DNA of 63,758 bases, counting the filler, from Stramenopiles sp. TOSAG23-3 (lineage: Eukaryota), in NCBI GenBank assembly GCA_900128585.1. It is 9 parts of 9 records of this genome, joined end to end, with 100 filler letters (N's around TTAATTAATTAA, not from the genome) between each part and the next. Parts side by side here need not be neighbours in the genome. Positions count along the whole stretch, not along the records: positions 8,675 to 17,248 come from LT643002.1; positions 17,349 to 25,919 come from LT643003.1; 7 more parts are not named here. One strand, given 5' to 3'. A program made the translations under genes and the position numbers. Below the pieces are notes generated by a model, which saw nothing but the letters and a program-made list of their open reading frames with translations, did no database searches and had not been told where the DNA came from. How positions within the stretch are numbered: position 1 is the stretch's first letter; each line of letters starts with the position of its first letter. Below are positions 11,447 through 22,427 of the stretch, piece after piece.

Positions 11447-12284
11447 TCTTCTCGTTCTCTGATCCACCAGCCTGAAAAGACGCGGGCGTGGACTGATCCC
11501 AAAAGCCCCCCGCAGTTGCAAAAACTGTACGTTCGAGACTGTATTAATCCGGTCGTCAGTCTCAGAAAACCCAACTCTGCCAAAAAACTATCCAAATAGA
11601 ACAACTAAACCTACGCGCCCAAATCGTCTATTTACTTACATGATCAACAAATTAAATTACACAGGAGTTTCTTGTCCGTCGTACCCCATCCAACAAAAAA
11701 TAGAATTATAATAACACTCCACCACCCTACCTCCCTTGGGGGACTGGGGATGGACGCTAATTGGCGCAATTTTAAAACTATAGTTAATTATTATAATCCA
11801 TATTCATCACATTAATTAAATAATAAATATTTCATTGTCAAATTGTATATTAATACTTTTTATTGCTGATAGGTAAAATCAACAATTAATTATGTGATTT
11901 AATATTAATATTTTATCTATGAATACAATTGAAGTTTGAAATCAGTATAGTTTATCTTTTTTCATACATAGACTAAATATGTATACATTTTATAATACAA
12001 GTATAGTAAGATAAAATATCGAATAATTATTAAAAAAAATGGAAGAAGAGAAGAAAAAATAAACAACACCACACACCACTATTTCCTCCTTACCTATTAT
12101 AACATCCTCATACTACTACCAGAAGAGTACAATAAAATTGAATGACGAAACATTAGAAGTAATTAATTCATTTTCTAACGTCACATATAAGAAATTTTTG
12201 ATGTTTGTTTGCGCGTTGAGTCATAAAAATCGATAGAAAGTGGAGTGATTGTGCGTGCGTGCGTGTGTGTATATATATATTGCA

Positions 12285-13427
12285 ATGGCGTCCTTGGCAA
12301 CGGTTGACGATTCAGGTGTAAGTGGACCTGCCCCGGAGGCGGCCTCGGGGGAAGGTGTAACTGGCGAGGTGGAAGGAGGGGACGGGGTGGAACCGAGCGT
12401 AGCCGAAACATCAAGTACTGGAGAGGCAAAGTTGGAAGCTTTCTTTAAAAGTTACGGGTTTTCCGGGCTTGGAAAAGCGGCAGCAACGCACTGGGTCAAA
12501 AAAGCGTTCGAGGGAAACGACAAAGACTTAGAGCGAGTCCGACCGTATTTGCTGACTGTGCTGAACGGGAGGAGGTGTACGAAGCCGATCTCCGTTCACC
12601 AGAAAGGGTGCCCAGAGATAATCCCAAAGCTGCGTGCAACTGGAAGATGGGAAACAGAATTGTTTTCATTCGTGCAAAGATTGGAAGGGGCATTCCCTGA
12701 CATAAAGAACGAGCTACTTTCCTTGAGAGGTTTGGAAGCCTCAAGGACCGAGCATGGTTTCCAACCATACCGGGCCCCGTCGTGGAACTCAGACCGCATT
12801 GCGGCGGACGGGGTGGGCACTGTTGGCCACGAAGGGGGGAACTGGAACGTATATTATCTTCATTTGCATAATGTGGATTTTGCAGCAAACCGCGCCAGGT
12901 GCCCTAAGACAATGGAACTGTTGGATAGCATCGAACGCACTTACGGCCATGCCTTTTTTTCAACCCTAGCCCCTGGCACACACATCACTCCCCACCACGG
13001 CCCAACGAACAAGAAGCTTCGTGTTCATCTGCCGCTGATCGTGCCCGAGGGCGATGATTATTGCCGCCTACGGGTGGGTGACGATGTCATAGTTGCAAAA
13101 GAAGGCATTTGCTACATATTCGACGACTCCCTAAAGCACGAGGCGTTCAACGATCACCCATCCCAGACACGGATCGTGCTGATATTCGACATATGGCACC
13201 CCGACTTGAGTGACAAAGAAATAAAGTTCTTGAGTTTTTTGAGAAAGGCCAAAATGAAGTTAGAAAAGAGAATATGCGATCGAGCACAGAAAATGGCAGA
13301 TGCTGCAAAAGTCGAGGCAAAATCAGATGGAGGGGAAGATGCTTACAACGAGAACGAAAATTTCTTTCATGTTATCGATGCAGCGAGAGGGCTTCACCCG
13401 TCATCAAAAGATTTGTGGGGCATGTGA
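12285..13427 (+). CDS. Aspartyl/asparaginyl beta-hydroxylase-domain 2OG-Fe(II) oxygenase
   Basis: FSTLAPGTHITPHHGPTNKKLRVHLPL, FDDSLKHEAFN, RIVLIFDIWHPDL. First ATG is 12285. Confidence 0.92.
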   Translation: MASLATVDDSGVSGPAPEAASGEGVTGEVEGGDGVEPSVAETSSTGEAKLEAFFKSYGFSGLGKAAATHWVKKAFEGNDKDLERVRPYLLTVLNGRRCTKPISVHQKGCPEIIPKLRATGRWETELFSFVQRLEGAFPDIKNELLSLRGLEASRTEHGFQPYRAPSWNSDRIAADGVGTVGHEGGNWNVYYLHLHNVDFAANRARCPKTMELLDSIERTYGHAFFSTLAPGTHITPHHGPTNKKLRVHLPLIVPEGDDYCRLRVGDDVIVAKEGICYIFDDSLKHEAFNDHPSQTRIVLIFDIWHPDLSDKEIKFLSFLRKAKMKLEKRICDRAQKMADAAKVEAKSDGGEDAYNENENFFHVIDAARGLHPSSKDLWGM

Positions 13428-13643
13428 GAAAAAAGCATGCACACGCACGAAGTAAACTTCATGATCTTATCATATTTGGGTTTTATAAAAAACAAAACGT
13501 CGAATTGAAACATTTACTTATGATATCATATGATAAAAAACCAAACACTGGGGCGGTTATTTAAATAGTTATAATTAGATTAAGCCAAGTTAGGTTTTTT
13601 TATCACAGCCTCCATTGTTTTTGTTTTAAATTCATACTTGGTT

Positions 13644-16526
13644 TTAATTGTTGTACGGTTTACCAAGATACCTTTCCCTTGCCGTCCTTAGCCCCGCTTC
13701 CGTTCTCGGGGTTGCCTCTACTACAGACTCCAGGGTAGATTCTTGAACCACAACCCCGGGGGTTGAACCGCGGCTTGCCAACCGCCGTAACCTTGCTGGG
13801 GATTGTGACCGTCGGCCTCCCGGGGATCTGGATCTTCGTCCGGGTGAAGGAGAACGACCACCAGGGGATTTCGATCTGCGCCTGCCTCGACTGCGGGCTG
13901 GGGAGAACAATCGGCCTCGGACGACTTCTTCGCCGATTACTGGCCGTTCTCTTGCCGCTCTAATGTGTGCTGGGGTGGAAGGAAGTATTTTCTCTGTTGA
14001 TGGGGTCCGTAACTCTGGAAAGTCTCGAAGCAAAATACTGTAGTTTCTCTTTACACCATTGTGCATGGGATCCATCTCTAATGCCTTAAGATAAAGTTCT
14101 TGGGCAAGTGCAGGGTTTCCTTTGACCCTCTGCTGAAAGTTGGCAAAGTTTCCAATTGCTGTTGCCGAGCGTGGTGCCAGCATCATCGCGTCCTTGTACA
14201 TCCTCTCTGCCCGAGGATAATCCCCTCGAACTTTCATAAGGAAGTTGGCGTAGGAGCTAAGGAGTTTGGGTTGGCATGGGTCCAAGTCTAGCGCTTCTTT
14301 ATACAGTTTCTCGGCCCCGTTGTAGTTTCCTCTTTTTTTTTGCAGAAATCGTGCATAGTGTTTAATGTATTGAACATTTTTTGGCTGGTGGCGTCTCGCT
14401 TGCTTGAAACACCGCTCGGCGGCCTCGAAGTCCATTCGTTTCGAAGAAAGCAGGAGAGCGTAGCTGACGAGACATTCCGCGTGGGTGGGTGCAATCTCCA
14501 GGCACTTCAAGATCATGTTCTCGGCTTCGTCAGTCGCCCCCATGACCGTGTGAAGGATGTGCCCATACAGTGCGTAAGTGTCGGCGTGGCGGTTGTCCAA
14601 ACTAATACCCTTTTGCAGCATTTTGGCGCTCTGTACATGGTCACGCTTTTGCTTGTGCAAAAACTCTGCATACGCATGAAGAATATTAACATTTTCTGGG
14701 GCCCTGCTCAACGCCTGCACAAAGACTCGCTGGGCGGTGCCGTCCTCCCCCCTCACGTGCCACAAAAACTGTGCGTTTTGGCACAACTTCCAGGGGTCTT
14801 TCACAGCCTCGGGGCCACTAAAAGGCGGCCGGGCAGACCTTCGCTCAAGTTCTTCATCCAGTCGCTTCTTCGCACGCTTGTCTACTTCTCCGTACTGCTT
14901 CCTCTCTTTTTCCGCAATTTCTAGTTTCCGTTTTGCCCTGTCCATGGCCCTGACGAGCTCCTTTTCGCACGCAACCCCGTGCTCGGCACTGGACTCCTCT
15001 TCCTTCACAATCTTGGTGCAAAAATTGTCGATTTCATTGTCTATTTTTCGCTCCATGCTCTCCAATTTTTCGAACGCTACCCGCGTCGGAAACCGTTGCA
15101 TCACGTTTCCATGGATCAGGGAGGTGTCGAAGTTCGCGCCCTTGTGCGTGTTGATGCGTTCCAGCTCTTGCCGGACTTTTCCCAACCGGTCGACCATGGA
15201 GGCAAGCTTGGGGCTACACGCTGGGTCCGACCGTTCCGCACAGGTAGCGTCCCGGGTAGCACGCACCCCGGCAACCTGCTCTTTGAGCTGTTGAATATCT
15301 TCCTTTATGTCCCTCACAGTGTTGGCTTTCGTTTGGTACTCTTGGGACGCTTGCCCGTGGGCGTCGGACAACGCCTCCAGTCGAGAATTTAGCCGGGCGG
15401 AAGTTGGTGGCTGGGCTGCGTTCCCTGGGACTTTGTGGACTCGTCCACGCCCCCCACGCCCCCCTCGGCCTCTACTTGATCCTCGAGTGAAGCCACCCCC
15501 ACGGCGCCTAGCGCCTCCACGGGCATGCGGACGGTTTTTTGACCCCCAGGACGACCCCATATGCGCTGAAATGCTTGGGGCGGAGGCACTGTTTTGAAGG
15601 TGCGTGACTGCCGGCACGGCCCCGTTCCTGCGATTTTCATTGTTGACCTCTTCGGGCACTGTGTGGAGCTTGCTTCCTTTTGTTGGCTCGCTTGCAGGCG
15701 GCGGCGAATTGGAAGCAATAGCACCGGTGCTGCTACTCTTCTTGAACTGTTTTGCGTACGCCTGTTCGTACGTTTGAATGTTGCTTTCTGTAGCATCTAC
15801 ACCGGCGGCAGGACTTTTGACATTTGCGCCCTCCTCGTCGCTGGAGGACTCATTCCAACCAGACCAGTACATGGCCGACTGTTTGTTTCCTCTTTTTGGA
15901 GGGCTCGGAGGCGGGGCGTACGACGGCGGCTTGGGCGATGATGGCGGAGAGTGCGCTGGGGGCAGTACGTTCTCTTCCCACCTGCTCTGCTTTTTGTACC
16001 CAAGCGGGGCCTTCTTCGAGGTTGCCCCTTGCTGTAGCACACTTGCCAGGCTCACAACTTTGAACTTTCCAGGGTCACTCCTACTGCTCGACAACCCACC
16101 GTCGTGGCCATCTACTAAACGCTGTTTCAAAATCTTCACACGATCATCCCCTCGAACGCCTGGGGTCCTTGTGCTTAACCCAAGCTCGTTTAACTTGTCT
16201 CGTATTTCAGCAATGGTTTTAATGCCTTGGACGTCTCGTGGGGTGTACGACACGGAGGCGGTGGACCTCGCAGTGTTCGGGGCACTTTCGTCCTCGTCGT
16301 ACAGGGACGAACGGGACGTCCCAGGGTCCGTATCATCGGACCCCAGGGATCGCGCAGAGTTCATAATGACATCCTGTTTCTGAAGGGTCTGCAACAAACG
16401 TCTCTGCAGTTCAGCAACACGTTCCCCACCCCTTAGACCAGGTGTCCGTGTGTTCAAATTCCTGGCAACCAAAGCTTTTTTCAGCCCCAACGCCGACTTC
16501 CAGTCGATATTCTTGTACTGCTCCAT
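13644..16526 (-). CDS. TPR/HAT-repeat protein with two SAP/LEM-like N-terminal motifs, RGG box and RS-rich tail
   Basis: Repeats of the type AEKLYKEALDLDPCQPKLLSSYANFL; duplicated L.TRTPG.RG..R...L..RL; RGGRGGRGR; RSKSPGGRSPSPGRRSRSP. First ATG is 16526. Confidence 0.85.
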   Translation of the reverse strand: MEQYKNIDWKSALGLKKALVARNLNTRTPGLRGGERVAELQRRLLQTLQKQDVIMNSARSLGSDDTDPGTSRSSLYDEDESAPNTARSTASVSYTPRDVQGIKTIAEIRDKLNELGLSTRTPGVRGDDRVKILKQRLVDGHDGGLSSSRSDPGKFKVVSLASVLQQGATSKKAPLGYKKQSRWEENVLPPAHSPPSSPKPPSYAPPPSPPKRGNKQSAMYWSGWNESSSDEEGANVKSPAAGVDATESNIQTYEQAYAKQFKKSSSTGAIASNSPPPASEPTKGSKLHTVPEEVNNENRRNGAVPAVTHLQNSASAPSISAHMGSSWGSKNRPHARGGARRRGGGFTRGSSRGRGGRGGRGRVHKVPGNAAQPPTSARLNSRLEALSDAHGQASQEYQTKANTVRDIKEDIQQLKEQVAGVRATRDATCAERSDPACSPKLASMVDRLGKVRQELERINTHKGANFDTSLIHGNVMQRFPTRVAFEKLESMERKIDNEIDNFCTKIVKEEESSAEHGVACEKELVRAMDRAKRKLEIAEKERKQYGEVDKRAKKRLDEELERRSARPPFSGPEAVKDPWKLCQNAQFLWHVRGEDGTAQRVFVQALSRAPENVNILHAYAEFLHKQKRDHVQSAKMLQKGISLDNRHADTYALYGHILHTVMGATDEAENMILKCLEIAPTHAECLVSYALLLSSKRMDFEAAERCFKQARRHQPKNVQYIKHYARFLQKKRGNYNGAEKLYKEALDLDPCQPKLLSSYANFLMKVRGDYPRAERMYKDAMMLAPRSATAIGNFANFQQRVKGNPALAQELYLKALEMDPMHNGVKRNYSILLRDFPELRTPSTEKILPSTPAHIRAARERPVIGEEVVRGRLFSPARSRGRRRSKSPGGRSPSPGRRSRSPGGRRSQSPARLRRLASRGSTPGVVVQESTLESVVEATPRTEAGLRTARERYLGKPYNN

Positions 16527-17248
16527 AGTTCGTTGTTCACCACCCACTTACTTTATTGCGTGTATGTGTGTGTGTGGTACTTGTATATATAACATCAACG
16601 TAAACAGACAACTGGCAGAAATGTTGCTGCAATTTGAACAATCGTTCTATTCAAATTCTTTCCTATATACCATTGAAAACTTCTTGGCATAATAAATGGT
16701 TCCTAATTGGTCACTTTTCATTTTAATAATTAATAATAATAATAATATACTACTCGCTCTCCTCCTTACTTCCTCAAAAAAAAGACACAATCAACAATCA
16801 AAAAAAAAAAATCAATTTTCTTCTTCCTTCTTCTTTCTCTGTTTATTTATTAGCCTATGGTGTGACTATATTAATTATATATGATCACCCATAATAATAT
16901 TACATACAATCTATTACTTATCTATTACTATTAGAATACAACGTATTATACTAAGTGATACAAATGTTTTACTTTAAAATAGAAATAGCGTGGGCGTAGA
17001 AGAAGAAATATGTTAGAACACGACGACCGTTATAAATTTTATTATAATATCCAAATAGCATTGAATGTGTATCTAAATTATATCGAAGATACGGTAGAAA
17101 TATATAGTTAGGGAATTGAAAGTTTGTAATTATAGTTAAAAAGAATATAGAATACGATAATTGTGCGTTATTAAAAAAAAATAATAGAAAAAAAACAAAG
17201 AAAGAAAAAGAAGCAAGAAGCAACAACATCTTTCTTTCTTCTTTCTTC

Positions 17249-17348
17249 NNNNNNNNNNNNNNNNNNNNNNNNNNNNNNNNNNNNNNNNNNNNTTAATTAA
17301 TTAANNNNNNNNNNNNNNNNNNNNNNNNNNNNNNNNNNNNNNNNNNNN
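17249..17348. other. Artificial contig spacer
   Basis: N44-TTAATTAATTAA-N44. Confidence 0.98.
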
Positions 17349-18275
17349 TCGAACGCACGCCAAAATCCTACTTGTACGAAAATTTTCTCCCTTCTTCGTC
17401 GTCACTACTACTGTCATCATCGGAGTAGTAGTATTATTTTTTTTTAATCGTCTTCTCATTATTAGAGTATATAATGCATAACATGAATATAGTATAGAGT
17501 ATAATAATAAAAATTGAAGAAGTATTTAAATTATTTTTAATTTTTTTTTTAGCGAATTATTTATTATAATAATTTTTGCGCGAATTTATAATGAAAACAA
17601 CAAGCAACGATCGAATAAAACCAATGTTAAATATATGTATTGAACTTATCGCATTTATGTATAAAACACATTATATATCATCCACCACAATTGGGTAATA
17701 TATACTTACAATTATTTATTAATACAATATTTATATAGGAAATATAATGAATGATAAATGTATATGTAAATGTATTTATATTGGTATTTATAATTATTAT
17801 ACAGAAAGTATCTCGAATGACGAGGCAACTTGAAATTGATTACATCATCGTTAATTTATATATAAATAGCATTAATATAATACAGATGGAAGAAGAAGAA
17901 AGAAAGAAAGAAGAAAAAATCATCATTATTTTTTTTTACGACGAAGAGAAAAAAATCATTAAATAAGAAGGAGACAGCATTGACAACATTGGATAAATGA
18001 GAGATGTAAAAAATAAGAAGAAGAAGAAGAGAAAAGAAAAAAAAGAAGAAGAAGAAGAAGAAAGAAAAAAAGAAGATGTGGTGGTGTGTAGTCTGGACGG
18101 GAAGAAGAATGGTTGTCCTGTCTAGTTAATGGGGAACAAATGTAAGATAATTTCTTGTGAGATTCATTGTTTCTCTATGTATGTAGATGCATATAGAGAT
18201 ATATTTTCTTAATTTTGGAATCAATAAAGGTTGTTGCAACTCATTTTTGTTGTCGTTCTTCTTCGTCGTCACGAT

Positions 18276-19676
18276 ATGAGCGGAAACTCTTCTTCTTTGA
18301 CGCACAGTCTGGGCTGCGCGGCTCTTGGTGCAGTTGCGGGGGTGGCAGTATACACTCTATTGAAAGAGAAAAAAACGTCGGACCCCTCCTTCATTACCGA
18401 GGACCAACTGAACAATGACCCTGTGAAATTCCGGTACAAACCACCGACGGTATCGAAGAGGCCAAAAGTTATTCCGTCGAGCGACCCCATCCTTGAAAAG
18501 GACGCTGTCAAAAAGACTGTGTACGGGAAGCCCGTGGCGGGCTCCGTGACCGTAGACTTTGACTTCCTTCAAGGCTTCATGAAAGACACATTTGTCGCCT
18601 ACGGCGTAAAACCAACCGACGCAGACATATGCTCGGACGTTTTGATCGCTTCCGACAAACGGGGCATCGACTCTCACGGCATTGGGCGCCTAAAGGGGAT
18701 CTACTGCGAGCGCATGGACGCTGGCATCCTCGAAGCCCAGTCCACTTTGAAAATTTTGAAACAGACAAAGACGACTGCTGTTGTCGATGGCGGCGGCGGC
18801 ATTGGCCTGTGCATCGGCCCCAAATGCATGCAACTTGCGATTAAAAAAGCGAAGCAGCACGGAATCGGCATGGTTTGCGTGAGAAACTCAACGCACTACG
18901 GATTTGCAGGGTACTACCCCCTGATGGCGGAGAACTCGGGCTGCATTGGGATCAGTGGCACCAACGCCCGACCGTCGATTGCCCCAACCTACGGAGTAGA
19001 GCCGATGATGGGGACCAACCCTATTGTGTTCGGGATGCCGTCCACGGACGCGTTTCCTTTCGTTTTAGACTGTGCGACGTCGGTAAATCAGAGGGGGAAA
19101 ATCGAAAAGTACGCCCGCGAAGGAAAATCCACTCCGAAGGGGTGCGTTATTAGTAAGAATGGGGAGGAGCTGACGGACTCGAAAGCGATATTGCAGGCGT
19201 TTATTGAAAGGACAGCGGCGTTCACGCCGTTGGGTGGGGCAGGGCACCAGATGGCGGGGTACAAAGGCTACGGCTACGCTGCCGTAGTAGAGATCCTGTG
19301 TGCCGCCTTGCAGTCGAACGGGTGGGGTGAGCAGCTCGCCGACTCCTACATTGATGAGACGGGGAAAAAGGCCCGTCGCCCCAGTCTGCTGGGACATTTC
19401 TTCATTGCGATCGATATTGAATCCTTCACTTCCTTGGACGCGTTTCGCACTACTTGTGGGAAAATATTGAACGGGTTTCGCGACTCGGCGAAAGATCCTA
19501 CCGGCCCAGGACGCATATACACGGCTGGAGAGCCGGAACACATGGCCTGGTCTCACCGAAGCAACTATGGTGGAACCACCATCCCGCCCGCACTGATGAA
19601 GGGAATGCAAACCCTGCGCGATAATTTCGAAGACGAAGAATTGAAGAAGAAGTACGCGACGCTTCCGTTTGAGTGA
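18276..19676 (+). CDS. Ldh_2-family (type-2 malate/L-lactate) dehydrogenase with N-terminal membrane anchor
   Basis: SDKRGIDSHGIGRL, VRNSTHYGFAGYY, GTNPIVFGMP, LDCATS, GYKGYG, GHFFIAID, IYTAGEPE. Hydrophobic LGCAALGAVAGVAVYTLL at the N-terminus. Confidence 0.93.
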   Translation: MSGNSSSLTHSLGCAALGAVAGVAVYTLLKEKKTSDPSFITEDQLNNDPVKFRYKPPTVSKRPKVIPSSDPILEKDAVKKTVYGKPVAGSVTVDFDFLQGFMKDTFVAYGVKPTDADICSDVLIASDKRGIDSHGIGRLKGIYCERMDAGILEAQSTLKILKQTKTTAVVDGGGGIGLCIGPKCMQLAIKKAKQHGIGMVCVRNSTHYGFAGYYPLMAENSGCIGISGTNARPSIAPTYGVEPMMGTNPIVFGMPSTDAFPFVLDCATSVNQRGKIEKYAREGKSTPKGCVISKNGEELTDSKAILQAFIERTAAFTPLGGAGHQMAGYKGYGYAAVVEILCAALQSNGWGEQLADSYIDETGKKARRPSLLGHFFIAIDIESFTSLDAFRTTCGKILNGFRDSAKDPTGPGRIYTAGEPEHMAWSHRSNYGGTTIPPALMKGMQTLRDNFEDEELKKKYATLPFE

Positions 19677-19894
19677 AGTTAAATTAAGATTAGTGTGCCG
19701 GGACCCGCGTGTTTCTCCTCCGTGGGAGACCCCCTCTCTGGGCTGTGGTGTTAGTACCTTCTTAGTTCTAATGCGTACTCGTAAGAATTATTACATTTTA
19801 CTTTACAGAAAAAAACAATATATATATATATACATTTTACTTTACATATGTTCACGCTCTTAAACCTGGTCTTCTCTCACCTTTCTGACACGCG

Positions 19895-20878
19895 CTATGA
19901 CTCACTTGTCCACGCCCGTTTGCAGCTCGTACAGCGAAAACGGACCGCCATCTCGCTCGAACCCTTCCACGTGTCGCCCTTGGAACACGTGTTGGCCTCC
20001 GCGCTAAATTGTTCGACGGTCTGTTTACCACAGCTTTTGCAGGATGTGTCAAACGCTTTCGACCACGGTGTGTTGTCTCTAAGCACGCTTGCCTTCATGG
20101 CCCTCTCTGTCATCTCCTTCCTGGCCTTCTTGAGCTCTTCCGTTGCCAACTCGGCAGATCGCATTGTCGCTACTCGCTCCGGCGTCACCCGGTTTATTAA
20201 AACCTCTTTGCACAGCTTTTGGTTTCGCTTCAAATTGTATATCAATTTTCTTACATGCCGTTTGTAATCGTCGTGCCTACAATCCCTGTACTGCTTAAAC
20301 AATGCAACCTCTATCCGACCCCCTATTATGCCCAACGTATCCACAAATCTGTCCGGCTTGCTCTTCATTCCCACACGAATAGCCTCCGCAAATTTTCCGG
20401 CGACCATGTCGCGCGTCTCTCTGACAGACATATTTTTTATTTCCTGGCGCGTTGGCTTCTTTTTCTCTTCCCGGGCTACACTGACAGCCTTTGTTGGCTG
20501 AGAGTCTTGTGCAATTTCATCAATCTCCCCGTCTTCCGTCTTATTCTTTTCCACCGACAAATCAAACAACGAAGATGGGTTTGCGCTCCTCTGACGCCGT
20601 CGCTCAAATGGGTTCAAGGTGAAGGTCCCGTCCTCGTTTCGCGACGACTGCTGCTGCAACATTTTGAACCGTTTCGACGGGGCATGTTTTGTGTTTTCTA
20701 AGTTCCTTTTGCTTTGAATTGCCCGGACACGCACGGCCTTTAAATGGTTTAACTTCCCCGTTTTTTCCTTTTTCAGCGTTTCGAGTGCCTCGTCCAGTTG
20801 TTTAAAAACAGCTTTTCGCAAACGTTTCTTCAGGGCCTCGGAAACCGCCGGGGCGGCCTCGTCGCTGATGCCAGCCAT
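19895..20878 (-). CDS. TFIIS central domain + C4 zinc-ribbon protein (TFIIS-like, non-canonical)
   Basis: IEVALF...YKRHVRKLIYNLKRN..L..EVL...VTPERVATMRSAELA (TFIIS_M); CKSC...CTSC..W ribbon. Confidence 0.85.
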   Translation of the reverse strand: MAGISDEAAPAVSEALKKRLRKAVFKQLDEALETLKKEKTGKLNHLKAVRVRAIQSKRNLENTKHAPSKRFKMLQQQSSRNEDGTFTLNPFERRRQRSANPSSLFDLSVEKNKTEDGEIDEIAQDSQPTKAVSVAREEKKKPTRQEIKNMSVRETRDMVAGKFAEAIRVGMKSKPDRFVDTLGIIGGRIEVALFKQYRDCRHDDYKRHVRKLIYNLKRNQKLCKEVLINRVTPERVATMRSAELATEELKKARKEMTERAMKASVLRDNTPWSKAFDTSCKSCGKQTVEQFSAEANTCSKGDTWKGSSEMAVRFRCTSCKRAWTSES

Positions 20879-21797
20879 GGTCGCAAAAAGAAAGCCGTTT
20901 TAGGAACTTGACCAACGAACCTTATTCTTCTATTGTATCATGGAAGTATCGTTAATATTTAATGTGTTAAAAAGTACAATCGTTCGGTTTATTTCTTCAA
21001 AATAAAAAAGGAGTCTACTACTCTTACATCATTCAATAAAAGCGTACGGTACAAAATATAGAAAAATAAAGGGTACCGGTACCGCCGTTTACTACTACAT
21101 TCTGATTTTTTTTTTCCTCCTCCTCCTCTTCTCTCCTCTCTCCTTTTTTTTTCTTTTCTTCTTCTTCATCAGCGCAGAGCGCAGAGTGCTCTGGAGGAGG
21201 TTCAATAATAATAATATTATAAGAAGTGATAATGATGATGACAGTGTTCTACTTGGTATGTTCTAATAATAAATAAAATAAGAAGAAAGAAGTATAATAA
21301 ATAATATAAAAAGGTGTGCGATCAATCAAATCAAAAATAAATAAAGTACTATTTTACCGTACACACAGGTAGGAGAGGGGAAGGAAGAATCTGTTGTTAT
21401 TCCATCAGGTTGTAGTACTACAGGAACGAACCGATCAAACCTGTACCGGTAGTACCGTAGTGAGTAAACAAAAACAAACAACAACACGCACCACCACTGA
21501 TGGCAAAGAAAAGAAGATAAAAAATTCTTCGTATTATTATTATTTATTTATTATTATATATCTTATTCATCTGTCGTGGTTGAATGCTATTATAGATTTA
21601 ATAAAATACTTTAGTATGTACTGTTCAAAAATCAACATCACTAAAAGAAGTTGTGATTAATGATAGGATGTGCAACTACAGACGGACATGGCAAGATTTT
21701 AGGGCCTCTCTTATCCTTTTAAAACAAAGCGTGTCTTTGTTCATAATCGTCTAGTCGCCTGACCCTCTCGACAGTAGTTTTTATTTCTCTTGACAGG

Positions 21798-22214
21798 ATG
21801 GTTGAATCCGGGGAAATTGTTTTTCTCGAAGAAATAGAGCAAGCTGGTGACAGTTGCTTAGGTAGATCACTACGTGTAGTCGGTAGGATTGAGCATTTTG
21901 ACGTTCGAAACAAGATGGTTCTTTTGTCAGAGTCGTTACCGTCCAGAAAGAAAAAAATATTTCTTCACATAGATACGTCCTCATTGGATCAGTCAACCAG
22001 CAACACGGGAGGCTTTCGGAAAGGGTCACTCTTCATGTTTATTGGTGAACTAAAACATCAGACGCTGGATGGTGCGGATGGTACTGCGACGGCGCCAGGA
22101 AAGGCCCTCGCTGCACGAATTGGGCGCAATTCGGACGGTTTGGACCTGCACTTGTATAGAAAAGCAGTCCTTGCGCGCCGAACGTTTTTGGCCGAGGAAA
22201 AGAATACGCCGTGA
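21798..22214 (+). CDS. TEN1: CST complex subunit Ten1 (telomere-capping OB fold)
   Basis: G.SLRVVG...IDT...FRKGSLFMFIGEL...LAARIGRNSDGLDLHLYRKA closely follows the plant-type TEN1 pattern; 138 aa. Confidence 0.88.
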   Translation: MVESGEIVFLEEIEQAGDSCLGRSLRVVGRIEHFDVRNKMVLLSESLPSRKKKIFLHIDTSSLDQSTSNTGGFRKGSLFMFIGELKHQTLDGADGTATAPGKALAARIGRNSDGLDLHLYRKAVLARRTFLAEEKNTP

Positions 22215-22427
22215 TAGCTGCTGCACGTCAGGATCAATCGGCCGCCCGCAAGGCGACGGGCCTCTATTACCCACCCGGTCCAGGTGCGTTTTGTTTTTGT
22301 TTTTGCTTTTTGTACTGTGCTGTACTTCGTAAGGTCGTATATATGTGTTTTTCATAATATTATATGTATACGGGTATATGGGTGTGTTTTTTGTTTTACT
22401 ATTTGTTTACCTCGTTCCTCGCTTCGT

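Noticed and set aside
22215-22290. GC-rich hairpin after TEN1 as a structured RNA
   Set aside because: The stem is short and matches no RNA family I can support.
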